Of a stretch of 44,178 bases of DNA, positions 1 to 9,049 are shown piece after piece; the stretch's first letter is position 1; each line of letters starts with the position of its first letter. The notes under the pieces were generated by a model. That model saw only the letters and a list, made by a program, of their open reading frames with translations. It had not been told where the DNA came from and ran no database searches. The position numbers were made by a program, and so were the translations under genes. Source of the stretch: Flavobacterium sp. (lineage in GTDB: Bacteria > Bacteroidota > Bacteroidia > Flavobacteriales > Flavobacteriaceae); NCBI GenBank assembly GCA_035317805.1, contig DATHGE010000393.1, forward strand, positions 1-44,178, written 5' to 3'.

Positions 1-424
1 CTACGGCAAGGTTAGTGCCCACGGGCGCTCCGGCTTTAACGAGTTGAAGTGTACGGTCATTGATACTGTTCCCGCCGCCATTTGTATCGCTTCGGCGTCT
101 TATAGTAACGCCAATTCCGGTGATAGAAGAGCCTGCCGGTATGGCAAAACCATAATTCGTTCCGCGTATCGGCTCGCTGAATTCTCCGGGATTCATAAGA
201 ACGGTGGCATAATTTCCATCGTTAGCCTGAATACGGAATCCATTATTCCACGCATTTCCGGCACCACCCTGAGTGGCACCAGTTGCCGGAAGATTTGGTC
301 CTGCAGTCTGCGCCGTTAAAAAGTTCCCAAAAAGCAGCATCATTATCATTAAGATGAAGCCGCAGGATCGCATTTTTGTAGGGAAGAAATTTTGGGGTTT
401 CGGGTTAAAGTAATTGTGTTTCAT
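1..424 (-). CDS. Secreted protein, N-terminal part (runs off the left edge); probable large T9SS cargo/surface protein
   Basis: Not in the ORF track. Hand translation from ATG 424 is open to the edge: MKHNYFNPKPQNFFPTKMRSCGFILMIMMLLFGNFLTAQTAGPNLPATG...NYGFAIPAGSSITGIGVTIRR... It has a signal peptide ending LTA-Q and a TAAATTTG box upstream (452-459, minus strand). Confidence 0.8.
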   Translation of the reverse strand, partial: MKHNYFNPKPQNFFPTKMRSCGFILMIMMLLFGNFLTAQTAGPNLPATGATQGGAGNAWNNGFRIQANDGNYATVLMNPGEFSEPIRGTNYGFAIPAGSSITGIGVTIRRRSDTNGGGNSINDRTLQLVKAGAPVGTNLAV

Positions 425-451
425 AACTTTATCATTTGCATAAATCAATTA

Positions 452-459
452 CAAATTTA
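452..459 (-). promoter_or_regulatory. Bacteroidota sigma-70 -7 element (TAAATTTG)
   Basis: Matches TAnnTTTG, 27 bp upstream of ATG 424. Confidence 0.5.
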
Positions 460-679
460 CCCCTTAATCATTGGGCGCGGTAATTTTTCAGATAACAAAC
501 CTTAAAAATCGACCAATTGCATTTTTCTGGATAAAATGTAGCCGGATATCGATAAAGTCTTATGCGGCAAGGCTTTGCGCGGATTATTTTTTGTAATTTT
601 CATCGATGTTTCCTGCTTTTTAACGGATTTTTGTCGAATCGAATTTCGAATCCATACCCAAAATCTAATCTTAATTCGC

Positions 680-687
680 TACTTTTG
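680..687 (+). promoter_or_regulatory. Bacteroidota -7 element (TACTTTTG) for the TPR-mpl unit
   Basis: Matches TAnnTTTG, 17 bp upstream of ATG 705. Confidence 0.5.
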
Positions 688-704
688 AAACACAATATCC
701 GATC

Positions 705-1400
705 ATGAAAAACCCGTGGCTGATTTTATTTTTTCTACCGCTTTTTGCACTTTCCCAAACCGATTTTGAGAGGGCCGAAAAACTGTTCGCCCAGCAAAAA
801 TTTTCAGAATCGCAGCCTTTATTTGAAACCGACCTGAAACAAAATCCAAAGCACCTGCAATCGATGGAATATCTTGGCGACATCCAAAGCTTTTCCAAAA
901 ACTGGGATACTGCCGTCGGATATTATGAAAAACTGAAAACCGCCAATCCAAACGAAGCGGATTACCAATACAAATACGGCGGCGCTTTGGCCATGTTGGC
1001 ACAGCAAAGCAGTAAATTCAAGGCACTGGGAATGATAGATGACATCGAAGCGTCATTGCTCAAAGCCATAAAATTAAACCCAAAATATATCGACGCGCGC
1101 TGGGCATTGATCGAGTTTTACCTGCAATTGCCCGGAATCTTTGGCGGAAGCGAAAGCAAAGCCGACCGCTATGCAAACGAACTTGGGAAAATTTCCGCTG
1201 TGGACGGCTATCTTTCCAAAGCGCGCATTGCCGAATATTTTGAAAGGTTCACCACCGCCGAAAAATATTATAAGCTTGCCATTGAAGTCGGAAATTCAAA
1301 AACCACTTATCAAAAACTGGCCGACCTATATAAAAACAAACTCAACGAACCCGCAAAAGCCAAGGAAGTCCTCGAGAATTACGCCAAAACAAAAGGCTGA
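705..1400 (+). CDS. Exported tetratricopeptide-repeat protein
   Basis: Signal peptide (ALS-Q) and TPR-like helices (YLGDI, YKYGGALA, AIKLNPKYIDARWAL). Confidence 0.85.
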   Translation: MKNPWLILFFLPLFALSQTDFERAEKLFAQQKFSESQPLFETDLKQNPKHLQSMEYLGDIQSFSKNWDTAVGYYEKLKTANPNEADYQYKYGGALAMLAQQSSKFKALGMIDDIEASLLKAIKLNPKYIDARWALIEFYLQLPGIFGGSESKADRYANELGKISAVDGYLSKARIAEYFERFTTAEKYYKLAIEVGNSKTTYQKLADLYKNKLNEPAKAKEVLENYAKTKG

Positions 1401-1439
1401 TTAAATGATTTCCAAATTAACAAACCAACGATTCAACAA

Positions 1440-2798
1440 ATGCGTACACATTTTATAGCCATCGGCGGAAGCGCCATGCACAACCTCGCGCTGGCACTGC
1501 ACAATAAAGGATATCAGGTAACAGGAAGCGACGATGCGATTTTCGAGCCTTCGCGAACGAGACTTGAAAAGAAGGGATTATTACCGGCGGAAATGGGCTG
1601 GTTCCCTGAAAAAATCACTGCCGACATTGAAGCGGTAATATTGGGAATGCACGCGAAGGCAGACAATCCGGAATTGCTAAAGGCGCAGGAACTCGGACTC
1701 ACGATATATTCCTATCCCGAATTCCTCTATGAACAGTCCAAAAACAAAACCCGCGTCGTTATTGGCGGCTCGCACGGAAAAACGACCATCACTTCGATGA
1801 TCCTGCACGTCATGCATTTCCATAATATTGCCGTCGATTATATGGTGGGCGCGCAATTGGAAGGGTTCGACACGATGGTGCATTTGACCGAAGAGAATGA
1901 TTTTATCGTACTTGAAGGCGACGAATATTTGTCTTCACCGATGGACCGCCGTCCGAAATTTCACCTCTACCAACCCAATATCGCCTTGATTTCGGGAATC
2001 GCCTGGGACCATATCAATGTCTTTCCAACGTATGGGAACTATGTGGAGCAATTTGAAATCTTTATAAAGTTGATTACCAACGGCGGAATCCTGGTCTACA
2101 ACGAAAACGACCCGGAAGTCAAACGAGTCGCTGAAGCCGCCACCAATCCAATCCGAAAACTGCCTTACCATACGCCAAATTATACCGTGAAAAATGGCGT
2201 CACCTTACTCGAAACGCCCGAAGGGGATATGCCGATCGAGGTTTTCGGCGCACACAACCTGAACAACCTCGCCGGCGCCAAATGGATCTGCCAGAATATG
2301 GGCGTAGACGAAGCCGATTTCTACGAAGCGATTGCGAGTTTCAAAGGCGCTTCCAAACGGCTTGAGAAAATCGCCGAGAACAATAACAATGTTGCCTATA
2401 AGGATTTTGCACATTCGCCGAGCAAAGTCGCCGCAACCACCAAAGCGGTCAAGGAGCAATATCCCGACAGGAAACTGATTGCCTGTCTCGAATTGCATAC
2501 TTACAGTTCGCTGAACCCCGAATTCCTCAAGGAATATGAAGGCGCGCTCGATTATGCCGACGTTGCCGTGGTATTCTATTCGCCCGACGCGGTAAAGATC
2601 AAGCAGCTCGAGGAAGTCACCGCCGAACAGATCGGAAAGGCTTTTAACCGCGAAGATTTAATTATTTACACCAATCCTGCTGCATTTAAAGAGTATTTAT
2701 TTCACCTCAAATACGACACCGAGGGCATCGCATTGTTGCTGATGAGCTCGGGGAATTACGGCGGATTGAACTTTGACGAGATCAGGACTTTAATCTAG
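1440..2798 (+). CDS. mpl: Mur ligase, MurC/Mpl family (probable murein peptide ligase)
   Basis: HFIAIGGSAM, GGSHGKTT P-loop, LEGDEY, DFAHSP motifs; located outside the dcw cluster. Confidence 0.8.
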   Translation: MRTHFIAIGGSAMHNLALALHNKGYQVTGSDDAIFEPSRTRLEKKGLLPAEMGWFPEKITADIEAVILGMHAKADNPELLKAQELGLTIYSYPEFLYEQSKNKTRVVIGGSHGKTTITSMILHVMHFHNIAVDYMVGAQLEGFDTMVHLTEENDFIVLEGDEYLSSPMDRRPKFHLYQPNIALISGIAWDHINVFPTYGNYVEQFEIFIKLITNGGILVYNENDPEVKRVAEAATNPIRKLPYHTPNYTVKNGVTLLETPEGDMPIEVFGAHNLNNLAGAKWICQNMGVDEADFYEAIASFKGASKRLEKIAENNNNVAYKDFAHSPSKVAATTKAVKEQYPDRKLIACLELHTYSSLNPEFLKEYEGALDYADVAVVFYSPDAVKIKQLEEVTAEQIGKAFNREDLIIYTNPAAFKEYLFHLKYDTEGIALLLMSSGNYGGLNFDEIRTLI

Positions 2799-2830
2799 GA
2801 GCAAGAATATTTCAATTTCCATAACAACTT

Positions 2831-2906
2831 CTCGTCCCGCTATCCGCTCTATCTTTTGCTTTTTTAAAGGAAAAAGCAAAAGGATGCCGCTGCTATCGGG
2901 GCTAGG
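2831..2906. ncRNA. Structured intergenic repeat copy 1 (Flavo-1 RNA motif-like)
   Basis: TCCCGCtaTCCGCTctATCTTTT-hairpin-AAAAGGATGCCGCTgCtATCGGGGCTAG, shared with 6757-6837 and 33981-34103. The Flavo-1 name is from recollection of the motif. Confidence 0.65.
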
Positions 2907-2950
2907 TCAGCACGTATTTCATCCAAAAGGAATCCGCTCCAGATCGCGGT

Positions 2951-3036
2951 TTGTCCTCCCGAGCACTAGGTTTGAAGGCTATCACCAAAAGAAACTTTAA
3001 TAAATCACGATTGTCCTCCCGAGCGCAGTCGAGGGA
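2951..3036 (+). repeat. Two REP-like units TTGTCCTCCCGAGC, 60 bp apart
   Basis: Exact 14-bp repeat at 2951 and 3011; the second continues GCAGTCGAGGGA, forming an imperfect palindrome (TCCC...GGGA). Confidence 0.6.
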
Positions 3037-3232
3037 TTCTTGTTATCCGTCAACGCAATCGCAGCATCCGAAAGTTTATCATAAAATGTTTTTTCCGCAG
3101 CCACGAAAGAAAATGTGACAAAGGCAAACAGAATGTAAAGGGATTTCATACTTTAGTGTTTGGAAACTAAACGTTTAAAGTGCGATTTAAGTATCCTGCA
3201 GTCAAAGCCATTTACAAATTTTACACGCCAAA

Positions 3233-3931
3233 ATGATGTCCGAAAACACCTCATTCCCAATCCGCAGTTGGTCGGAAGACGACCGTCCCAGAGAAAAATT
3301 AATGCTCAAGGGCAAAAGCGCACTTAGCGACGCCGAACTGATAGCCATCCTGATCGGCTCCGGAAGCCGCAATGAAACCGCCGTAGATCTGAGCAAGCGC
3401 ATTCTTTCGAGCGCCAACAACAATCTCAACCTTCTGGGGAAATTATCCATTTCACAGCTTACAGCTTTCAAAGGAATCGGCGAAGCCAAAGCGATTTCTA
3501 TTGCCGCAGCCATGGAACTCGGCCGCCGCAGAAGAGCAGAAGAAGCGCCCGAACTCTCAAAAATTACCTCAAGCAAAAGCATTTTTGAAATGATGCAGCC
3601 CATCCTTGGCGAACTGCCGCATGAGGAATTCTGGATCATCTATCTCAACAATTCCAATAAGATCGTGTCAAAATCACAGCTCAGCAAAGGCGGCATTACC
3701 GGAACTTTAGTCGATGTGAGACTGGTTTTCAAAACGGCGCTCGAAATGGGAGCCACGGGCGTAATCCTTTGCCACAACCATCCTTCCGGGGCGTTAAAAG
3801 CCAGCGAAGCCGATAAGCAGATTACACGAAAACTCAAACTGGCAGGTGAAAGTCTCGACATCAAGATCCTGGACCATGTGATCGTTACCGAAACGGCCTG
3901 GTTTAGTTTTGCCGACGAGGGAATTCTTTAA
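3233..3931 (+). CDS. radC: RadC family JAB-domain protein (start 3233 or 3236)
   Basis: RPREKL, LSDAELIAILIGSG, HhH motif GIGEAKA, JAB motif HNHPSG...SEAD...LDH. Confidence 0.93.
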   Translation: MMSENTSFPIRSWSEDDRPREKLMLKGKSALSDAELIAILIGSGSRNETAVDLSKRILSSANNNLNLLGKLSISQLTAFKGIGEAKAISIAAAMELGRRRRAEEAPELSKITSSKSIFEMMQPILGELPHEEFWIIYLNNSNKIVSKSQLSKGGITGTLVDVRLVFKTALEMGATGVILCHNHPSGALKASEADKQITRKLKLAGESLDIKILDHVIVTETAWFSFADEGIL

Positions 3932-3983
3932 ATATGCGTTAATTTGCTATGCAAATCCGATTCTAAAAGTTTATTTTTACGGC

Positions 3984-4670
3984 ATGAATACCGGAATTTC
4001 TGATGTCTTTTTTGATTTGGACCACACGCTTTGGGATTTTGAAAAAAATTCTGCCATGGCGTTCGACATCATTTTTGAAAAACACGGCATCAACATTGAC
4101 CTTGCTGAATTCCTGGAGCATTACATTCCGCTGAACCACAAATATTGGGAATGGTATCGTGAGGAAAAAATCACGCAGCACGAATTGCGTTATGGCCGCC
4201 TTAAAGATGCGTTTGATTTGATCAGTTATGTCGTCGATGACGAAACGATCCTGCTTTTGTCTGACGAATACATCCATTACCTGCCGCAGAACAACCATCT
4301 TTTCGACGGAACGATTGCACTTTTGGAATACCTGAAGCCAAAATACAAATTGCATATTATCACTAACGGCTTTTCGCAGATCCAAAGCAAAAAGCTCAAC
4401 AATTCGAACATATTCCATTATTTCGATACGGTAACCGACTCGGAGATGGCAGGCGTCAAAAAGCCGAACCCGCTTATTTTTGAGTTTGCCCTCAATGTTG
4501 CGAACGCCAAAAAGGAAAACTCCATCATGATTGGCGATTGTATCGATGCCGATGTGCGCGGGGCTTTAAATTACGGAATCGACGCGATCCTCTTCAGCGA
4601 AAAAGCGATGGAGGAACAAGAGAATATCAAACAAATCACCCATTTATCACAATTAAAAAAATACCTTTAG
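3984..4670 (+). CDS. yjjG: YjjG family HAD pyrimidine 5'-nucleotidase
   Basis: FDLDHTLWDF, ITNG, KKPNPLIF, MIGD motifs; start moved to ATG 3984 to remove the overlap with radC. Confidence 0.88.
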   Translation: MNTGISDVFFDLDHTLWDFEKNSAMAFDIIFEKHGINIDLAEFLEHYIPLNHKYWEWYREEKITQHELRYGRLKDAFDLISYVVDDETILLLSDEYIHYLPQNNHLFDGTIALLEYLKPKYKLHIITNGFSQIQSKKLNNSNIFHYFDTVTDSEMAGVKKPNPLIFEFALNVANAKKENSIMIGDCIDADVRGALNYGIDAILFSEKAMEEQENIKQITHLSQLKKYL

Positions 4671-4673
4671 GTT

Positions 4674-5426
4674 ATGAAAAGACTGTTAACTTTATTCATA
4701 TTGCTGGTTTCGGCGCTAAATTTTGCACAAGGCGTAAATGATTACAAATATGTGATTGTGCCTTCCAAATTCTCTTTTACAAAAGGAGAAAATCAATACA
4801 ACCTGAGCACGCTTACCAAAGGACTGCTTCAAAAATATGGCTTTGTTGCTTATATCGATACAGAAGTAATGCCCGACGAAGTGCTTAACAGCAATTGCAG
4901 CAGGCTGAATGCAGATATCATAAGTTCGGGAAACTTCATAACGACAAAAATGCAGGTTGTGCTTAAGGATTGTAAAAACAAAATACTTTTTACTTCCGTT
5001 GAGGGAAAAAGCAAAGAGAAGGAATACAACGTTGCCTATAATCTGGCACTGCGCGAAGCCTTCAAATCTTTCGATGCTTTGGGTTATAAATACAATGGAT
5101 CCGTTACTTCGATTCAGCGCGAGGTTGTAAAAACCACTAATGACGGCACTACGGTAAAACAGGAGATCGTTCCCGTAAATAGCCCTGCGTCTGTAAATGT
5201 TCCGGGTAAAGAAACGCTTTTCGCGCAGCCGATAGAAAATGGCTTCCAGTTAATTGACAATACGCCGAAAGTGGTTTACAGAATCTATAATACGAGCACC
5301 AAGAATGTTTTCATGGCCGAAAAAGAGCAGTTGAAAGGCACGCTTGTCAACAACAATGGCACGTGGACATTTGAATATTACAGCAACGGCAAACTCGTAT
5401 CCGAAATGCTAAACATCAAATTCTAA
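4674..5426 (+). CDS. Conserved exported hypothetical protein
   Basis: 250-aa ORF with signal peptide (NFA-Q), 3 bp after yjjG. Confidence 0.8.
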   Translation: MKRLLTLFILLVSALNFAQGVNDYKYVIVPSKFSFTKGENQYNLSTLTKGLLQKYGFVAYIDTEVMPDEVLNSNCSRLNADIISSGNFITTKMQVVLKDCKNKILFTSVEGKSKEKEYNVAYNLALREAFKSFDALGYKYNGSVTSIQREVVKTTNDGTTVKQEIVPVNSPASVNVPGKETLFAQPIENGFQLIDNTPKVVYRIYNTSTKNVFMAEKEQLKGTLVNNNGTWTFEYYSNGKLVSEMLNIKF

Positions 5427-6700
5427 TAGCCGTATTTATTCTTCCAGCGGTTTTTTAGAAATTCCCGCGTACTGTTTTCCCTTGAATTATTCCCCGGAAT
5501 ATACAACGGTGTATTCGCAATCGCATCGGGCAGGAATTCCTGTTCGGCGAAATTGTTGTCGTAACTGTGCGCATATTTGTATTCGTCGCCATAACCCAGT
5601 TCCTTCATCAGTTTGGTAGGTGCATTGCGCAGGTGCAGCGGCACAGGCAAATCCCCGGTTTGTTTCACCAAAGACTGCGCAGTTCCGATAGCCATATAAC
5701 TCGCATTACTTTTCGGAGAAGTCGCCAGATAAACGGCACATTGGCTCAGGATAATCCTGCTTTCGGGATAACCGATTGTCGAAACCGCCTGGAACGTATT
5801 ATTCGCCATGATAAAAGCTGTCGGGTTCGCATTGCCGATATCTTCGCTTGAAAGGATCAGCATTCTTCGCGCGATAAACTTCACATCTTCGCCACCTTCA
5901 ATCATACGGGCCAGCCAATAGACGGCGCCGTTCGGGTCGCTTCCGCGGATCGATTTGATGAACGCCGAAACGATATCGTAATGCTGTTCGCCCGTCTTGT
6001 CATACAAAACGGTATTCTGCTGCGCGATCTGCAGCACTTTTTCATTCGTGATGACAATTTTGTCTTCATTGGACGCGTTTACGACCAGTTCGAAAATATT
6101 CAATAGCTTTCGTCCATCGCCGCCAGAAAGACGCAGCAGCGCCTCCGATTCCTTGATTTTTATTTTTTTGCCGCGCATCACGACGTCGGTTTTCATCGCG
6201 CGTTCGAGCAAAGCTTCCAGATCTTCTCTTGTAAACGCATTGAGGATATAAACCTGACAACGCGACAGTAAGGCGGGAATGACTTCAAAACTCGGGTTTT
6301 CGGTCGTGGCACCGATGAGCGTGATAATTCCTTTCTCGACCGCCGCCAGTAAAGAATCCTGTTGCGATTTGCTGAAGCGATGGATCTCATCGATAAATAA
6401 GATTGGATTTTTGGCAGTGAACAGGCCGCCGCTTTGTTTGGCTTTTTCAATTACATCCCGAATGTCTTTCACACCCGAATTGATGGCGCTCAGGATATAA
6501 AAAGGCCGTTTCGATTCCTGCGCAATAATCTGTGCAAGCGTCGTTTTGCCTGTCCCTGGCGGTCCCCAGAATATCAACGACGGAATAATTCCCTTTGAAA
6601 TCTGCTGTGTGAGCGAGCCGTTTGGACCAACAAGGTGCAATTGGCTCACGTAATCTTCTAAATGCTGCGGGCGGATTCTTTCTGCTAATGGTGCTTCCAT
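5423..6700 (-). CDS. rarA: Replication-associated recombination protein A (AAA+ ATPase, RarA/MgsA)
   Basis: PLAERIRP, Walker A GPPGTGKTT, Walker B FIDEIHRF, ATTENPSF, SAFIKSIRGSD, HLRNAPT. Confidence 0.95.
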   Translation of the reverse strand: MEAPLAERIRPQHLEDYVSQLHLVGPNGSLTQQISKGIIPSLIFWGPPGTGKTTLAQIIAQESKRPFYILSAINSGVKDIRDVIEKAKQSGGLFTAKNPILFIDEIHRFSKSQQDSLLAAVEKGIITLIGATTENPSFEVIPALLSRCQVYILNAFTREDLEALLERAMKTDVVMRGKKIKIKESEALLRLSGGDGRKLLNIFELVVNASNEDKIVITNEKVLQIAQQNTVLYDKTGEQHYDIVSAFIKSIRGSDPNGAVYWLARMIEGGEDVKFIARRMLILSSEDIGNANPTAFIMANNTFQAVSTIGYPESRIILSQCAVYLATSPKSNASYMAIGTAQSLVKQTGDLPVPLHLRNAPTKLMKELGYGDEYKYAHSYDNNFAEQEFLPDAIANTPLYIPGNNSRENSTREFLKNRWKNKYGY

Positions 6701-6756
6701 TTCGTAAAATTACAGTTTTTTGGGATTGGGAAATCGGATTTAATTTAATTTTATGA

Positions 6757-6837
6757 AGCTATTCCGGCTGTGCGCTATATCTTTTTTGCCGCAAAAAAAT
6801 GCAGGCAAAAAAGGATGCCGCTTCCATCCGGGCTAGG
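6757..6837. ncRNA. Structured intergenic repeat copy 2 (Flavo-1 RNA motif-like)
   Basis: AGCTATTCCGGCTGTGCGCTATATCTTTTTTGCC...GGCAAAAAAGGATGCCGCTTCCATCCGGGCTAG. Confidence 0.65.
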
Positions 6838-6838
6838 G

Positions 6839-6854
6839 TCCCGAAACGTCGGGA
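6839..6854. repeat. Short palindrome TCCCGA-AACG-TCGGGA (REP-like)
   Basis: Perfect 6-bp stem directly abutting repeat copy 2. Confidence 0.4.
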
Positions 6855-6946
6855 TCATTCAAAACGGCGCAATCTGACAAAATAGCACTAAATTGCCTTT
6901 GGATTCAAATTTGACAGCACGACGCCAAACCAAACAGCGACTGATC

Positions 6947-7720
6947 ATGGAGGACAACCATTTCAAATTCTCGGCTTCCGTTATTTTATACCCGTTCCTA
7001 TTTGTCTTAGGGCTTTGGGTCATTTTTTGGGCCGACATTACCTTCAACCTCAATCTGGGGAAATACGGAATTTATCCGCGTACTTTTGAAGGTTTGCGCG
7101 GTATTGTTCTGAGTCCGTTTATTCACGGCAATATCGAACACCTGTATAATAATTCGATTCCGCTGCTGATTTTGCTGGCGGCGCTTCGTTATTTTTATCG
7201 CGAAAAATTCTGGTCGGTTTTTGTGTATGGAATTTTGCTTTCAGGATTCATCACCTGGGTGATCGGCAGGGATTCGTACCATATCGGCGCAAGCGGACTG
7301 ATTTATGTGCTGGTGAGTTTTATCTTTTTCAAAGGAATCCGAACCAAATATTACCGCCTGGTGGCTTTGTCGCTACTGGTCATTTCGATTTATGGAAGTA
7401 TGGTGTGGTATATTTTTCCGCACATTGATAATACGATTTCCTGGGAAGGGCATTTGGGCGGACTCATTGCCGGTTTTGCTTTTGCCGCCGCTTTCAAGAC
7501 TCCGGAATACCGAAAAATGATCAAGTATGAATGGGAAAAACCCGATTTTAATCCGGAAGGCGATAAATTCCTCGAGCGTTTTGATGAAAACGGGAATTTT
7601 GTGAATCTTCCGCCGCCGGAGCCGGAGATTGCCATTTCGGTTCCGCAGAACGTCACGGTGATTTACAATTTTCTGCCAAAGGAAATTCCGCCCGAAAACA
7701 ACAACCAGATCAAAGAGTAA
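6947..7720 (+). CDS. Rhomboid family intramembrane serine protease
   Basis: H..HLYNN, GASG catalytic Ser, WEGHLGG catalytic His, multiple TM segments; start taken as ATG 6947. Confidence 0.92.
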   Translation: MEDNHFKFSASVILYPFLFVLGLWVIFWADITFNLNLGKYGIYPRTFEGLRGIVLSPFIHGNIEHLYNNSIPLLILLAALRYFYREKFWSVFVYGILLSGFITWVIGRDSYHIGASGLIYVLVSFIFFKGIRTKYYRLVALSLLVISIYGSMVWYIFPHIDNTISWEGHLGGLIAGFAFAAAFKTPEYRKMIKYEWEKPDFNPEGDKFLERFDENGNFVNLPPPEPEIAISVPQNVTVIYNFLPKEIPPENNNQIKE

Positions 7721-8455
7721 TTAGTTTCTCTGGCGCACCGCTTCATATAGGAAAGCGCCACAGGCTACGGAAACATTAAGCGAGCCGATAGTTCCGAACA
7801 TCGGGAGTTTTGCCTTCTCATCTACAATTTTCAAAACCGACGGATTGATGCCGCGGTCTTCACTTCCCATGATAATGGCTACGGGCTCATTGAGGGAAAT
7901 ATCGTAAATATTCTGGTCAGTTTTTTCTGTAGCGGCAACGGTTTTTATCCCCGAACTCTGCAATAAAAATATGGCATCCTTGATGTGTTCCACCTTACAG
8001 ATTGGCATGCTGAAAACGGCACCTGCGGAAGTTTTGACTGTATCGCCATTGACAGGAGCAGCACCCGATTTTCCAACAATAATTCCGTTTACGCCGGTGC
8101 ATTCTGCCGTACGAATTATGGCGCCGAAGTTTCTCGCGTCGGAAATCTGGTCGAGGATTAGAAATAAAGGTGTTTTCCCGGATTCGGTAACTTTGGTAAC
8201 CAATTCTTCAAGATCGTGAAATGCGATAGGAGAGATGCTCGCTACAGCGCCCTGGTGGTTATTTGGTGTGAGTCGGTTCAGTTTTTCAACAGGGACATAG
8301 GTAAAATTGACGTTGGCGCGTTTCATCACTTTCATCAGATCTTTCATCAGTTCGCCCGAAGCTTCCTTCTGTATAAATACTTTGTCTACTTCTGCACCCG
8401 ACTGAATTGCTTCTATAACCGCCCTGATTCCGAAAATCTGATGTTCTTTTTCCAT
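7721..8455 (-). CDS. rlmB: 23S rRNA Gm2251 2'-O-methyltransferase
   Basis: NHQG, LDQISDARNFGAIIRTA, MGSEDRG, SLNVSVA SPOUT motifs. Confidence 0.93.
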   Translation of the reverse strand: MEKEHQIFGIRAVIEAIQSGAEVDKVFIQKEASGELMKDLMKVMKRANVNFTYVPVEKLNRLTPNNHQGAVASISPIAFHDLEELVTKVTESGKTPLFLILDQISDARNFGAIIRTAECTGVNGIIVGKSGAAPVNGDTVKTSAGAVFSMPICKVEHIKDAIFLLQSSGIKTVAATEKTDQNIYDISLNEPVAIIMGSEDRGINPSVLKIVDEKAKLPMFGTIGSLNVSVACGAFLYEAVRQRN

Positions 8456-8459
8456 GGCG

Positions 8460-8467
8460 CAAAGATA
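8460..8467 (-). promoter_or_regulatory. -7 element TATCTTTG, 4 bp upstream of the rlmB ATG
   Basis: Minus strand reads TATCTTTGCGCCATG. Confidence 0.6.
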
Positions 8468-8468
8468 T

Positions 8469-8501
8469 AAAAAAAACCACCAGCGCTAACTGATGGTTTT
8501 T
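8469..8501 (-). terminator. Intrinsic terminator of the susC operon
   Basis: Minus strand AAAACCATCAG-TTAGCG-CTGGTGG-T8; the G-U wobble pair only forms in this orientation. Confidence 0.8.
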
Positions 8502-8523
8502 AGAATTATTTGTTTGAAGATTA

Positions 8524-9039
8524 CTAGTATTCGTCTTCGAAGAAACCAGTTCTTTTTGTTCCTTCATAAAGGATGTCGTATCCATCTGCATCATAGCTGT
8601 AATGTGCTCTGAAAGTGATTTTGTCTACTACGTGACCACCTTTTGAGATACCTCCGCCTTTAGTGATATGTCCATCGGTAATGGTTACGAAAGTATCGTT
8701 AGCACCACCATCATCCAGGTTTTGAGAATCTGTTGCAGAAAAATTTCCATTTTCATCGATATAGAATTTACATTTAACGTAATATCCGAGCTCATAATCG
8801 ACAAGCCACATGCTATTGTCATTGGCAGCGGTATTGTATGTTTGGTGCAAAACATTATCATCAACCCCTGGAATAGCGTTTCCGTCTGAATCACGCAATG
8901 TCATGTACCAATCACCGGCCCATTGGCCAGTAGTAGTTGAGCCCGGATCCGGGTCTCCTCCTTCGTCACATGCCGAAAAGGATGTTACTATAAAAATACA
9001 AAGGAGTACTTTAATAAGATTATTTTTTATATTATTCAT
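8524..9039 (-). CDS. Surface lipoprotein, BT2261-like (lipid-binding small beta-barrel)
   Basis: Lipobox SFSA-C plus acidic export signal; WAGDW, TYNTAAND, and C-terminal GTKRTGFFEDEY as in the BT2261 family. Confidence 0.78.
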   Translation of the reverse strand: MNNIKNNLIKVLLCIFIVTSFSACDEGGDPDPGSTTTGQWAGDWYMTLRDSDGNAIPGVDDNVLHQTYNTAANDNSMWLVDYELGYYVKCKFYIDENGNFSATDSQNLDDGGANDTFVTITDGHITKGGGISKGGHVVDKITFRAHYSYDADGYDILYEGTKRTGFFEDEY

Positions 9040-9049
9040 TTTTCTGATA

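Noticed and set aside
44-319. 91-aa plus-strand ORF
   Set aside because: It overlaps the better supported minus-strand signal-peptide ORF 1-424.
3233-3931. radC as a marker of a mobile element or defence island
   Set aside because: It is the full-length HhH+JAB form among housekeeping genes, with no integrase, transposase or att sites.
5423-7721. Convergent gene ends overlapping (5423-5426) or abutting (7720/7721) without terminators
   Set aside because: Common in compact Bacteroidota genomes; no further signal seen.
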